64,000 nt of DNA from an uncultured Verrucomicrobiae bacterium. GTDB taxonomy: Bacteria; Verrucomicrobiota; Verrucomicrobiia; Chthoniobacterales; JAFAMB01. Under the pieces are notes generated by a model, which saw only the letters and a list, made by a program, of their open reading frames with translations, was not told the DNA's origin and did not search any database. The DNA is taken from NCBI GenBank assembly GCA_963762565.1, contig CAVXLD010000001.1, positions 640,001-704,000 on the forward strand, given 5' to 3'. Below, one piece after another: positions 8,681-18,793 of this stretch (within the stretch, counting starts at the first letter, position 1; each line of letters starts with the position of its first letter). A program made the translations under genes and the position numbers.

Positions 8681-10003
8681 ATGCCAGCAGATGTTTTTAT
8701 CAGCCATTCAACCAAAGACAAAACGGTCGCCGAAGCTGTTTGTCACGAATTAGAAGCCAACGGCATCCGATGCTGGATCGCTCCTCGCGATATCGAATTC
8801 GGGTCGGACTGGACGGAAGGAATTACACACGGGATCGCCTCATGCAAGGTGTTCGTGCTGGTGTTCTCGGATTCCGCAAATACGTCGGATCATGTCCGGC
8901 GTGAAGTAGCCAAAGCGTTCTCACTCGGGTTGGCGGTGATTCCGTTTCGGACTGAGGACGTAGCGCCGAATCGGAGTCTCAGTTATTTCCTGGAGACGGT
9001 TCATTGGTTGGATGCATTCCCCTACCCGGCAGAAACCTATTTTGGTACGTTAGCCGATCAGATAAAGCGCTTGCTGGAACGACCTGCAGCCACCGGCGAG
9101 GACGGTGGACCAGCGGCGCAAACGATCGTCGCAGTCGCTGCTCCCGCGCAAGTTGGAGGCTCGCACCTGTCCTCCTCACCTACAGCGAAGGAAGAAGCGA
9201 GACGGGCTCCAGGCGTGCCGACCCCTTCGGCCGCACAAGCGGGGCGCGCTCCACGGAAGGGCGCGGGATTGAGGCGAACGTTTCTCAGATTTAATTTGGT
9301 GTTCTTACCCATCTTGGCGGCGGTTGTCGGCGGCGCAGCAGCGATTATCCACAGCCAACTGGAAAGCTACGCTCAACAGCAGATTGTGGCCGTAGCCCAG
9401 GTCATGTTAGAGACAGCCAAAGCATCACGGAAATATACAACCAAGCAGATTGCGCCCTTATTAGAAAGTCTGCAGTCATCAGATCAACAGTTTCATCCGC
9501 AATCGATCCCGTTTTATGCGGCTACAGAAGCATTCAATTATTTCCGACAGGCGCACCCCGATTTCGCTTACAAGGAAGCCGCGCTGAATCCCACTAACCC
9601 TCGGGATCGAACGGTGGATTGGGAAGCGGATATTGTGAACGCGTTTCAGAAGGACACCTCAAAAACAGAGCTGACCGGCCAGCGAGACACCCCTCTCGGG
9701 CCCTCTCTCTTTATCAGTACTCCGATCAAAGTCGATGACGCCAGTTGTCTAGAATGTCACAGCACGCCGGATAAAGCGCCTCCCGGCATGGTCAAACTTT
9801 ATGGGAGTGCAAATGGGTTCGGGTGGCAAGCGGGTGATATTATTGGGGCGCAGATCGTCAGTGTGCCTGCCGCGCTAACGGAAAAAATCGCGAGCAACGC
9901 GTTCCAATCGATCTTTTGGTGGCTGATCGGCAGCGCGATTGTCCTGTTTGCTGTAGCGAACGGAGCTCTGTTTTGGGTAGTACGCCAAGGAAGAGGCACA
10001 TGA
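8681..10003 (+). CDS. TIR domain - TM - periplasmic c-type heme domain (DUF3365/Tll0287-like) - TM protein
   Basis: DVFISHS...CWIAPRDI...SDHVRREV (TIR); TM FNLVFLPILAAVV; YKEAALNPTNPRDR, CLECH, NGFGW, GDIIGAQIVSVP; C-terminal TM. ORF-track extension to 8465 lies in repeats. Confidence 0.88.
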   Translation: MPADVFISHSTKDKTVAEAVCHELEANGIRCWIAPRDIEFGSDWTEGITHGIASCKVFVLVFSDSANTSDHVRREVAKAFSLGLAVIPFRTEDVAPNRSLSYFLETVHWLDAFPYPAETYFGTLADQIKRLLERPAATGEDGGPAAQTIVAVAAPAQVGGSHLSSSPTAKEEARRAPGVPTPSAAQAGRAPRKGAGLRRTFLRFNLVFLPILAAVVGGAAAIIHSQLESYAQQQIVAVAQVMLETAKASRKYTTKQIAPLLESLQSSDQQFHPQSIPFYAATEAFNYFRQAHPDFAYKEAALNPTNPRDRTVDWEADIVNAFQKDTSKTELTGQRDTPLGPSLFISTPIKVDDASCLECHSTPDKAPPGMVKLYGSANGFGWQAGDIIGAQIVSVPAALTEKIASNAFQSIFWWLIGSAIVLFAVANGALFWVVRQGRGT

Positions 10004-10332
10004 TCCAGGCGGGCGCTGGAACAAATTGCCAAATGACAAATTTGGAGGGGAGCCGCTTTGGCGCGTTCTAGACGACCCCACCGATATTTTCCCGACGTTG
10101 ATTAGTCCGAAACGTGAAGTAAACAAGCGGCTCCCGGGAATAACCCAACGTTCGGCAGCTCTGCCGGCCAAAGTGGAATGAACAACAAGAACAGAACGAA
10201 TCCGCCCGGTGATAGCCTACGCTGGGTAATTCGCGGGAGCCGCCTGTTTTCGCACCTGTCGGTTGTTCCCGCGCAGGGAGTAACAGGGCGAGAGCATTAG
10301 ATATGCTCCAAAGCGGCTCCCCTCCAGTGCGC

Positions 10333-12756
10333 TCACTTTGCAATGACAGCTTGCACCGCAGCGACGGCATCGATTAAGCCAAAGCCATCGCCCGGCTGGT
10401 AGACGTGGGTTGCGGGGCCCGGCTTAAAAGCCCCAGAGATCGTCTGGCTCGAGAATCCGGACAAATTGGCGGTGAAGGTTGCGCCATTAGGAAGATCCAG
10501 AGCATCGACTCCTACTCCATAGGCGCTCTGGGTAAAACCTTTAAAACTTCCGGCCTCATTTTGTCCGACAGTGAAGCTGATGGAGGCCCCGTTCGTGAAC
10601 ACACCTTTCTTAAACTTAAGCGTAAACGTTGACGTGGCGCTGGAAGGAGATTCGACGGTCACTTCTGAGGAGCTGAATCCGTCTGCGGAGCCAATAATAA
10701 AATCTGCTGAGGTTGTATTAAAGACCAGACCAGCCGGGGAACCGTCGACGGTTACGCTATCAATGTATTCGTCGGATGGACCGAAATAATTAATGGTTAG
10801 GTAGTTCGGGCCGAAATAGAATGAGCCCAGCGCAGTAACCGAGATATTGCTTCCGCCATTCGAGCCATGAAAAGATGCTGATTCTTCAAAGCCACGTCGG
10901 GGCAACGCCGTATTTTCGAGCACCGATCTCACCCGGTCAGCATCGAGCGAAGCGGGTCCTCCGGCAGCCTGCAACATCAGCGCAACTACACCAGCGACGG
11001 TTGGCCCAGACGCGCTGGTGCCGAAAAATGCGAAAGGATAGTCATAGTAGCCCGGCTTATAAAAGAAAGTAGTAATAACGCCGTCTACCCCTGCCACCTC
11101 GGGCTTTAGCCGCACCTCGGGCGTGCTCAGGCGGACTCCGTTTTCATCGAAATAGATATAGGCTGGTCCCGGCGTAGTGTAGTTCTCTAGCTCAGGCTGA
11201 TACGGCGGTTCTGGTTTCCAGTTAAAGACATAGGCTGCCACTCCGATAGCCGACGCGGCGGCCGGATGCCCGTAAATGATGGGGACGTTCAAGGGAGCCG
11301 GTTGAAAATAGGTACCGGTCAGAATGCTTAATCCGTCCAGGCTGGTATACATTGCCAGTTGATGAGTGGCGGGTGGCGGTGGAGCCTTAGGATCGGTCTG
11401 CGTGGTCTTGGTAAAGGCAATCTGATAAGCGGTACCCAAGTTCAGGCTCCCGGTGTACTTGAAAGGTTCCTGGGTTTTGAAGGCATTGCGAGTGCCGCTC
11501 AACGCGCGCAAAAAGTTACCGTTTGCATCAAAAACCAGAAAATTATAGTTGGTGGTGATCCCGTCGTCCTGATCGAACAAATCATCCCATTGTAGAAAAA
11601 GGTTGTACAGATACTGGGAAGGCCCGGGTACAACCAAAGTCGTGACCGGTTCAGAACCGCCTTCGGGATTCCAGTTGTGCCATCCGCCAGCTGTCAACGC
11701 AGGATCCAGGTAATGAGGCGAGTTCTTATCGGTAACATCCAATTTAAGATTGCCATGCTGGCCTGCCGCCCGCACCTCAGCGTCGGACAGCTCGCGGTAG
11801 GCGCTGCGATAGCCGTTGTTACCATCATTACCGGCCGATGAAGTATAAATCACTTTCTTACCTGGCAAGGTTTTGCTCGTAACTACGGCGTCAACGGCTT
11901 GAGAAACGATGCCATCGGAAAAGACCGGCTCATCGTAATAGCCAAGGTCATCATCAATTACATCGCAATTCGCTTCAGTTCTAAGCCGAACGATATTATT
12001 GGCAAAACCGACTTCACTGTAATTGCCGGTCGCGAACGCTTCATTACAACTCGGCGCTTCCGCGTAAGCAATCTGACAGATAGCGCGCCCTTCATCGCTA
12101 CCGGGCTTGCCCGGTTTACCCCAGTCCTGAAGGACATTAACAACTGGCAAATAACCATCTTTTTCATCCACCTCAGCGGTGGTCCGAGGCGGATGCTTAG
12201 CATATTGAGCCGTGTTGAAGCTGTCGGATAGCACACCGATGGTGATGCCGTTCCCGGTGAGCCCCTGTTGGTTGAGCACATCGGTTTGCAACACTTCGCG
12301 GCTCTGAGAAGAATATTTACCGGCCCGCTTGACGGGCTCGTGTTCCATGGTTAAAGCGCGAACTCCGAGAATACCGGCAATATTGTCCAGTTGATCCGTA
12401 GGAACATAAGCGGCCAGAATGCCGTGACGGTAGGTGGAATTACGATCGAGAACGACTCCTTGCAAAGATTGGAGGTGCTGCGCGACCTGGTCCAGCGAGC
12501 TTCGTCCATCCAATAGCACATGAACCAGCACGCGATCCTGATCGTCGAATCGCCCGCCGATGGCCTCTTTGTCTGTGTCACTGACCTTCGCGATTTGGGA
12601 ATGCACACCCGAGGCGCCGGCCTCCGGCATCGACAACTTCGCGTGCTCAGACAAGGTTGCTAACCCCGAATCGAGGTTCTGCGCTGATTCAGCACTAAAA
12701 GCGGCGGAGGCAAACAAAAAGGAAGCAGAGATTGCGGCGTAACGGCTAAGGTTCAT
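10333..12756 (-). CDS. Secreted S8/S53-like serine peptidase
   Basis: Signal peptide, prodomain, IGVLSDSF, DEGRA, SSAGN, FFGTSASGP. Confidence 0.88.
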   Translation of the reverse strand: MNLSRYAAISASFLFASAAFSAESAQNLDSGLATLSEHAKLSMPEAGASGVHSQIAKVSDTDKEAIGGRFDDQDRVLVHVLLDGRSSLDQVAQHLQSLQGVVLDRNSTYRHGILAAYVPTDQLDNIAGILGVRALTMEHEPVKRAGKYSSQSREVLQTDVLNQQGLTGNGITIGVLSDSFNTAQYAKHPPRTTAEVDEKDGYLPVVNVLQDWGKPGKPGSDEGRAICQIAYAEAPSCNEAFATGNYSEVGFANNIVRLRTEANCDVIDDDLGYYDEPVFSDGIVSQAVDAVVTSKTLPGKKVIYTSSAGNDGNNGYRSAYRELSDAEVRAAGQHGNLKLDVTDKNSPHYLDPALTAGGWHNWNPEGGSEPVTTLVVPGPSQYLYNLFLQWDDLFDQDDGITTNYNFLVFDANGNFLRALSGTRNAFKTQEPFKYTGSLNLGTAYQIAFTKTTQTDPKAPPPPATHQLAMYTSLDGLSILTGTYFQPAPLNVPIIYGHPAAASAIGVAAYVFNWKPEPPYQPELENYTTPGPAYIYFDENGVRLSTPEVRLKPEVAGVDGVITTFFYKPGYYDYPFAFFGTSASGPTVAGVVALMLQAAGGPASLDADRVRSVLENTALPRRGFEESASFHGSNGGSNISVTALGSFYFGPNYLTINYFGPSDEYIDSVTVDGSPAGLVFNTTSADFIIGSADGFSSSEVTVESPSSATSTFTLKFKKGVFTNGASISFTVGQNEAGSFKGFTQSAYGVGVDALDLPNGATFTANLSGFSSQTISGAFKPGPATHVYQPGDGFGLIDAVAAVQAVIAK

Positions 12757-12852
12757 GAGATTGCTTCTAGGACGTCCCTGAAAAGCTTTTGGGATTCAAC
12801 AGGTTCAATCAAAAGACGCAATGAGTTGTCAAAGGTTTTCCACGGATTCTAT

Positions 12853-13560
12853 TTTTCACAACAAAGGCCGCAAAGGCCACAAAGAGGGATTTTTCTGTCT
12901 CCTATCTTTGTGGCCTTTGCGGCCTTTGTTGTGAAATTTTGGGCTTCGACTTTGCGTTCTTGCGTGATATCCCTGCGTTTCGCTGTGACTCTGGTACTTT
13001 GCGGCTTTGTTGTGGCTTTGTCTTTTGGCCGGACTAGGACTACAGAGCTTCCTTAAGGACTACGCGTCGGATTCCGTTCTTCAGAACGACCTCGTGAAAG
13101 TTGAACAAAAGGCCTAACGGCCTTTTGAGGAGCTTCATATAGCTCATGAGCTGGGCTTCGTGGATTGGGAGAATTTCTTGTACGGCCTTAAACTCAAGAA
13201 TCAGGACGTCATCAATCAGAAAGTCGAGTCGCAAAGGTTCCTCGAAAACGAAACCTTTGTACTCCAGTTCAACCCTCAGCTCTCTTACATATGGAATCTG
13301 ACGAAGCTCGCACTCCCGGCCAAAACACTTTTGTAAATCTCTTCGATTAAGCCGGGACCCTCGATCCGATGAACCTCTATAGCCGCCCCGATTACACCGC
13401 TGCTCCACACGTTAGCTTTCCGTAACGAATCCCACATTTCGTTAACCTAGTGAATCCGACACTCAACAACATAGTATTTATATGTTTTATTCTATCAAGA
13501 AAACGGAATCAACCACGGTCGTTCTGAACCTTTGTGGCCTCTGCGGCCTTTGCTGTGAAA
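12853..13560. mobile_element. Second putative GxxExxY element with CAAAGGCCR-nonamer ends
   Basis: TTTCACAACAAAGGCCGCAAAGGCCACAAAG (12853-12885) inverted to 12905-12936 and to 13530-13560. Confidence 0.55.
13040..13437 (-). pseudogene. Frameshifted GxxExxY protein
   Basis: ATG 13437: MWDSLRKANVWSSGVIGAAIEVHRIEGPGLIEEIY, then frame change to KCFGRECELRQIP...LRLDFLIDDVLILEFK...HEAQLMSYMKLL; span 398 nt, one base short. Confidence 0.85.
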
Positions 13561-13640
13561 TTTTTTCAGTGGACCTCGACAACTGCGCGGACCGGCAGCC
13601 CGGTCCGCGCCTTGTCTCAAGAAGTCTCGCTGTGCCGGCT

Positions 13641-16124
13641 TTACTTTGTGGTTGCGGGCTTCGCAGTGGAACTGACGGCTTGCACCGCAGCAACGCCGTT
13701 GATCAAACCAAAACCGTCCACCGGACTATAGCCTGTCACCGGTGAGCCAATTAGAAACGGAGCGGTCACCGTTTCACTAGTTGAACCGGGCAATGTCGCG
13801 GTAAAGGTGGCGCCGTAGCCTAAGTCTTCAGACTCACAACCAATTCCGAACTGGTCCTGGGTGAAACCCGTAAATGTGCCAGCCACATCTTGACCGACCG
13901 TGAAGCTGATAGAAGCGCCGGAGGTAAATACCCCTCTTTTGAATCTCAGGGTAAATACCGGGGTTGCCTTGGACGGCTTTTCAACGGTGACATCCGATGC
14001 AGTGACCCCGATCGTCGGTCCTACAAGAAATTCCTTCGTATTAAATGTCAGACCTGGTTTCGACCCATCAATGGTTAAGGTATCAATCGATTGGCCGGCA
14101 GGACCGAAATAGTTCAAGGTGAGATAAGTCGGTCCGAAAAAAGATTCAGCCAGAGCGGTAACAGACACAAAACCGCCACTAACCGAGCCAATCGCCTGGG
14201 TCACCTCCGGAGTACTGTTTCTGGGCTCGCCGCTGTTTTCTAAGGCAGTTCGTACGGTGTCTAGACTAAGGGAGCTTGGCCCTCCGCCCTCCTGCAACAT
14301 CAGTGCGACTACTCCGGCAACGGTAGGTGCAGCCGCACTAGTGCCAAAGAAGGCGAAAGGATAGTTGTAGTAGGGTGCACCAAAGAACGTGGTAAGGACA
14401 CCATCCACGCCGGCCACCTCAGGTTTCAGGCGAGTTTGCGGGGCAGGCAACCGATTATTGTTTTCATCGAAATAAATGATTGCCGGACCCGGCGAGGTGA
14501 AATTGTCCAGCTGCGGCAGGAACGGCCGCGTCGGTCTCCAGTTAAACGCATAAGCGGCAACTGCAATCGCAGATCGAGCGGCGGGATGCCCAAAGATGTT
14601 AGGAAGAGTTAACGGAGCCGGTTGAAAGTATTTGCCGTACAGCTGGCTCGCACCGTCCAGGAACGTTAATAAAGCAAGCTGGTGGGTGGCAGGGATTGGT
14701 CCGGCCAGCGAGTCCGTTTTCTTCGATTTAGTAATTGCGATTTGGTAAGTCGTCCCCAGGGAGAGGTTACCAGTTTGCTGATAAGCTTCTTGGGTAACAA
14801 AAGTGTTACTCGTGCCGCTCAGCTCCGGGTGGTAGTTCCCATCGGCATCGAATACCAGGAAGTTAAAATCGGTGGTAATACCATGGTCCTCGAAGAATGG
14901 ATCATCCCACTGGAAGAAGAGCATGTAAGAAAAGTTGGTCGGTCCGGGTGCCATGACGGCGGTGGACGGCTCAAACCCACCATTCGGATTCCAATTGTGC
15001 CAACCGCCGGCGGTCAAAGAAGAGGCTACATTGGTCAAGTTCAGGTTGCCGTGATTTCCGGCTCTTACAGAGGCATCGCTGAGATTCCGATAGGGATTTC
15101 GATAGCCATTGTTTCCTTCGTTGCCAGCCGAGGATGTATAAATAACTGGCTTGCCCGGTATGGTGGTACTATTGACAACCGTATTGACCGCCTGGGCGAC
15201 ATAGGTATCGGAAAAAACCCCTTCGTCAGAATAGCCAACATCGTCATCGATGACGTCGCAGTTCGCCTGGGTCCTGAGTGCAACGATATTATTGGCGAAC
15301 CCAATCTCGCTAGCGAATGCGGTCGCAAACGCCTCATTAATATGCGGCGCTTCAGAATACACGATTTGGCAAATCGCCCGGCCTTCATCAGTGCCAGGAT
15401 TACCTGGACCGCCAAAGTCCTGGAGAACGTTAACGACCGGCAGGTATCCCATTTTCACATCTTGGGCAGCGGTCGTGGCAGGAGGAGGCGTACCGAATTG
15501 GGCAGTGTTAAAGCTATCGGAAAGGACGCCGACGGTAATCCCGTCCCCGTTGAGACCTTGTTTGTTGAGGACGTTGGTTTGGAGGATCACGCCCGATTGC
15601 GAAGAAAACTTACGTCGTGCGATCGGAGGCGCTTCCATGGTCAACGCCCGAACTCCCTTAATCGTCGACGCGTTTTTGAGTTCGTCCGTCGGAACATAAG
15701 CGGCAAAGATCCCATGATGGAAATTTGGGTCCCGATCTAGCACCTGGCCCTGCAAGGACTCGATCTGTGCTGCAACGTCGTCAATGGAGGTTTGTCCGTT
15801 GAGCAGCACATGGACTAGGACGCGGTCCTGGGCGTCGAATCGGCCGCGGATTATTGCTTTGTCCGCAGCGCTCACCTTGGCAATTTGTCCGTGCACCCCG
15901 GCGGCATCGGCGTTTGGCATCGATAGGCCGGCATGTTGGGACAAGGTTAACAGCCAGCAATCGAGGTTGCTGGTTCCAGATTCTTCGGCACTGGAAACCA
16001 GGGCTGAGAATCCGAGGCAGCAGGCAAGGGCTAATGCAAACCTTAAGTTTGCTCGAGCGAATCGCTCGGTTAGGACTAATACACCATTAGCAGTCCCGGC
16101 TTTATCGTAGGAGTTATCGTTCAT
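13641..16124 (-). CDS. Secreted S8/S53-like serine peptidase, tandem paralog
   Basis: VGVLSDSF, TDEGRA, SSAGN, FFGTSAAAP; colinear with 10333-12756. Confidence 0.88.
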   Translation of the reverse strand: MNDNSYDKAGTANGVLVLTERFARANLRFALALACCLGFSALVSSAEESGTSNLDCWLLTLSQHAGLSMPNADAAGVHGQIAKVSAADKAIIRGRFDAQDRVLVHVLLNGQTSIDDVAAQIESLQGQVLDRDPNFHHGIFAAYVPTDELKNASTIKGVRALTMEAPPIARRKFSSQSGVILQTNVLNKQGLNGDGITVGVLSDSFNTAQFGTPPPATTAAQDVKMGYLPVVNVLQDFGGPGNPGTDEGRAICQIVYSEAPHINEAFATAFASEIGFANNIVALRTQANCDVIDDDVGYSDEGVFSDTYVAQAVNTVVNSTTIPGKPVIYTSSAGNEGNNGYRNPYRNLSDASVRAGNHGNLNLTNVASSLTAGGWHNWNPNGGFEPSTAVMAPGPTNFSYMLFFQWDDPFFEDHGITTDFNFLVFDADGNYHPELSGTSNTFVTQEAYQQTGNLSLGTTYQIAITKSKKTDSLAGPIPATHQLALLTFLDGASQLYGKYFQPAPLTLPNIFGHPAARSAIAVAAYAFNWRPTRPFLPQLDNFTSPGPAIIYFDENNNRLPAPQTRLKPEVAGVDGVLTTFFGAPYYNYPFAFFGTSAAAPTVAGVVALMLQEGGGPSSLSLDTVRTALENSGEPRNSTPEVTQAIGSVSGGFVSVTALAESFFGPTYLTLNYFGPAGQSIDTLTIDGSKPGLTFNTKEFLVGPTIGVTASDVTVEKPSKATPVFTLRFKRGVFTSGASISFTVGQDVAGTFTGFTQDQFGIGCESEDLGYGATFTATLPGSTSETVTAPFLIGSPVTGYSPVDGFGLINGVAAVQAVSSTAKPATTK

Positions 16125-16305
16125 AAGTTGATGACATAAGGGGGAGAGGCCCCGGCAAACCCACCAAACAGCCTTTCAACCAGAAGAGACAAGCAATTGT
16201 CAAAGGTATTCCCGCAGATTGGATTTTATAGCAAGACCACCGCGTGCAGGAGCCGCAATCGAAAGCGCAGAAACCTCACGCAAGGACCCAAAGATGAATA
16301 CAAAC

Positions 16306-16387
16306 TTTCACAACAAAGGCCTCAAAGGCCGCCAAGATAAGAGACACAGAAATCCCTCTTTGTGGCCTTTGCGGCCTTTGCTGTGAA
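16306..16387. repeat. Gene-less inverted pair of CAAAGGCCR-nonamer ends
   Basis: TTTCACAACAAAGGCCTCAAAGGCCGCCAAG ... CTTTGTGGCCTTTGCGGCCTTTGCTGTGAA. Confidence 0.8.
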
Positions 16388-16425
16388 CTATTTCTCTTAA
16401 TTTGGGCCTCTTGTTGTGCCCTCCG

Positions 16426-17517
16426 TCACCCTGGCAAACGGAATTCGGCCACGACCGGGAGATGGTCGGATAGATCTAACATACCATCCTGACGGACTCC
16501 GTATTTTTCGACGGAAACGGAGGGAGCGGCAAAGAGATAGTCGAGGGTTCGGACGGGAATTCGTTTGGATTCTGAGCGCACTGTGTAGGTAAAGAATTGA
16601 TCCATCGCTCTGTCAGTAGCGTCATGGACGGTGGGCACACCTTGATAACTCCGATAAATTTGAGTGATGGCAGAGGGTTCGGAGTACGTTCCTCGAGTTC
16701 CCACCGGCAGACGTGACCGCTGGCCTGGCGGCAATAGATTAAAATCGCCTCCGATGATCCACGGCCGATTCCGCTCATCCAGATGAGCGAGGAAGTGATG
16801 AATCTTGTTCACTTGCCGGTCCATAACGTCGGTGCCGTGCGGGAACGCATCCAAATGCGTGTTCAGCATCGCCAGCACTCCGCCATCGCGACTCGGTACT
16901 TCCACTTCGAGAATGGCTCGCTTGAGATTGAAGTCGTTGGCGATCGGATTACCTGGCCGCAGCGGTAAACGATACCTGCGGGCGGCTCCGAGGCGGTATT
17001 TTGAAAAGATCACAAGCTTGGTCCCGGCAGAGCCCCAGATCTTTGGGTGAGGTACAAATCTCGAACGCCAATAGTCCGCAGTTACATAGTTCCGCAAATC
17101 GAGAGGGAGAGCGTCGCGCAGCAAGCTCACTTCATCCAGATAGGCAGTTCTGCGCGCGCCAGCGTCAACTTCTTGCAGCAAAACGAAGTCAGGCTGCTCC
17201 TCAGCAACGAATTTAGCGAATCGGCTGATGGTCGTGTACACGTCTTCAGGGTTCACCAGTGTGTCCGGCCCACCGTCATAAAAGAAATTGTAACCAGTAC
17301 CGGCAAAGAACTGGGCATTATAAGTGATCACCTTGATGGCTTGGCCCGGGGAGAGCACGGGAGCCCCGCCGCAATTATGAGGGTGCATCGTTTCAACCGG
17401 CCGAGGATGATAGTTCAGAAATCGAGAAAGCAGGTATCCTCCGGCGACTAGCGCGCCCAGCGTAATCAACGTTTTATCTAGTTTGTCGTCTGCGTGATAG
17501 TCGGGTAGCGGCTTCAT
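16426..17517 (-). CDS. Endonuclease/exonuclease/phosphatase family protein
   Basis: TYN, LQEVD, NTHL, GGDFN, LDY, SDHLPV motifs. Confidence 0.9.
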   Translation of the reverse strand: MKPLPDYHADDKLDKTLITLGALVAGGYLLSRFLNYHPRPVETMHPHNCGGAPVLSPGQAIKVITYNAQFFAGTGYNFFYDGGPDTLVNPEDVYTTISRFAKFVAEEQPDFVLLQEVDAGARRTAYLDEVSLLRDALPLDLRNYVTADYWRSRFVPHPKIWGSAGTKLVIFSKYRLGAARRYRLPLRPGNPIANDFNLKRAILEVEVPSRDGGVLAMLNTHLDAFPHGTDVMDRQVNKIHHFLAHLDERNRPWIIGGDFNLLPPGQRSRLPVGTRGTYSEPSAITQIYRSYQGVPTVHDATDRAMDQFFTYTVRSESKRIPVRTLDYLFAAPSVSVEKYGVRQDGMLDLSDHLPVVAEFRLPG

Positions 17518-17556
17518 GACATGGACAAGTTAGACCACACGTCGGGGGGCGCAATT

Positions 17557-17745
17557 GGCGGCGTGGCGTTTGGCGTTCGGCGTTCGGCGTTCGGCGTTCG
17601 GCGTTCGGCGTCGCTCGTGCTCGACGAATCAGGGGCGCTGGCACGGATAGGACTTATGGGACCAATGGGACTTATATGATGCATGCAGGTCCTCTTGGTC
17701 TCATAGGTCCTATCCGTACCACCGCGCTGACTCGACGAGCACGAA
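17557..17745. repeat. Heptamer array (GGCGTTC)n followed by inverted nonamer arrays (GGACTTATG/GGACCAATG type)
   Basis: About 7 GGCGTTC units; GATAGGACTTATGGGACCAATGGGACTTAT inverted to GGTCCTCTTGGTCTCATAGGTCCTATC; related arrays at 38868-38902 and 52498-52528. Confidence 0.8.
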
Positions 17746-17753
17746 AAAGCGCA

Positions 17754-18248
17754 TCATGGCGCGTTGATCACATATTCGTAGCGGGAGAGATGATACGGGC
17801 CGACATCGCGGTAGCTATGGAAGCGGAAGCCGAATCGTTCGTAGATAGCGCGAAGAGCTTGGCGATCGGCCTCACAATCCAGACGCAAATAAGAACGACC
17901 TAGAGAAGCCGCGTGATTCACCGCCCAATCGAGCATCTTGGTGGAAACGCCTCTGCCAGCAAATTGCCGCCTTACGGCGATTCGATGCACGTAGGCTGCA
18001 TCGTTCCCCGGTAGGTCAGGCCAGAAACGAGCATCTTCCAGTTGGAACTTAATCGTGCCGGCCGGTTCTCCGTCGTAATGGGCGAGATAGAACAAACCGG
18101 CTTCAACGTCGTTATGAACCCGATCGGGATTTAACTCCTCATCACGCCACATCGTGCGGCCAGTGGTCCGTAGCCAGTCTGCTGCTTCCTTCAGAATGGT
18201 CGATACGGTAACGAGGTCGGCCAAGGTAGCTTGCTTCAGTTCGATCAT
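17754..18248 (-). CDS. GNAT family N-acetyltransferase
   Basis: YVHRIAVRRQFAGRGV, LRLDC, YERFGF. Confidence 0.9.
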   Translation of the reverse strand: MIELKQATLADLVTVSTILKEAADWLRTTGRTMWRDEELNPDRVHNDVEAGLFYLAHYDGEPAGTIKFQLEDARFWPDLPGNDAAYVHRIAVRRQFAGRGVSTKMLDWAVNHAASLGRSYLRLDCEADRQALRAIYERFGFRFHSYRDVGPYHLSRYEYVINAP

Positions 18249-18793
18249 CGCGGTGGAGAGAGATCATTTTGTCCGTTGAAACATGACTGGCAGAATAAAC
18301 TGCCGCTCTGATCCGGTGCAAACTTCCGATTCTCTTTCGCCCAACGCGCCGAAGCGGCTCCCAACCGTGCTGGCCCGCTGATGGGAACGATGTCAACGAT
18401 TCGTCCGTTCTTCACTGTGATCAGCAGACGAACCGGATCTCGAATCACCGAAGGCGACACTACCGGCGACGGTTTGGTCGCAATCGAGTCGTGTTGCCCG
18501 GATTCGCCTCCTGCTAAGACCGGCGGTGGTTGGTTGCAGAGGACAATTACCTGTGCGCCAGAACCGCCCGCTGGTAATTTTATCCCAGGAAGGCATGCCA
18601 CCTGTATCTCGGGAAGTTTCGGCCTCGCAAGCCGAGGCGCGCTAGCTCGGCAACCCAGCTTCCGTCGCGCGAAGACTGCGCCCAATGCCGTACGCCTCAG
18701 ACGATACGCCTCACGCGTTGACCCGTCATCTTTAATTGAAACGATTTCATCGTTGCAGAGCCCTTTTTTTTGTGGAAGTGAAAATGCGGGAAC

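Noticed and set aside
14682..15740. Long antisense ORFs (352 aa here; also 33683-34381, 56002-56682)
   Set aside because: Shadows of well-supported genes on the opposite strand
17557..17611. Short tandem arrays as CRISPR
   Set aside because: Units are 6-9 nt with no unique spacers, and no cas genes are present
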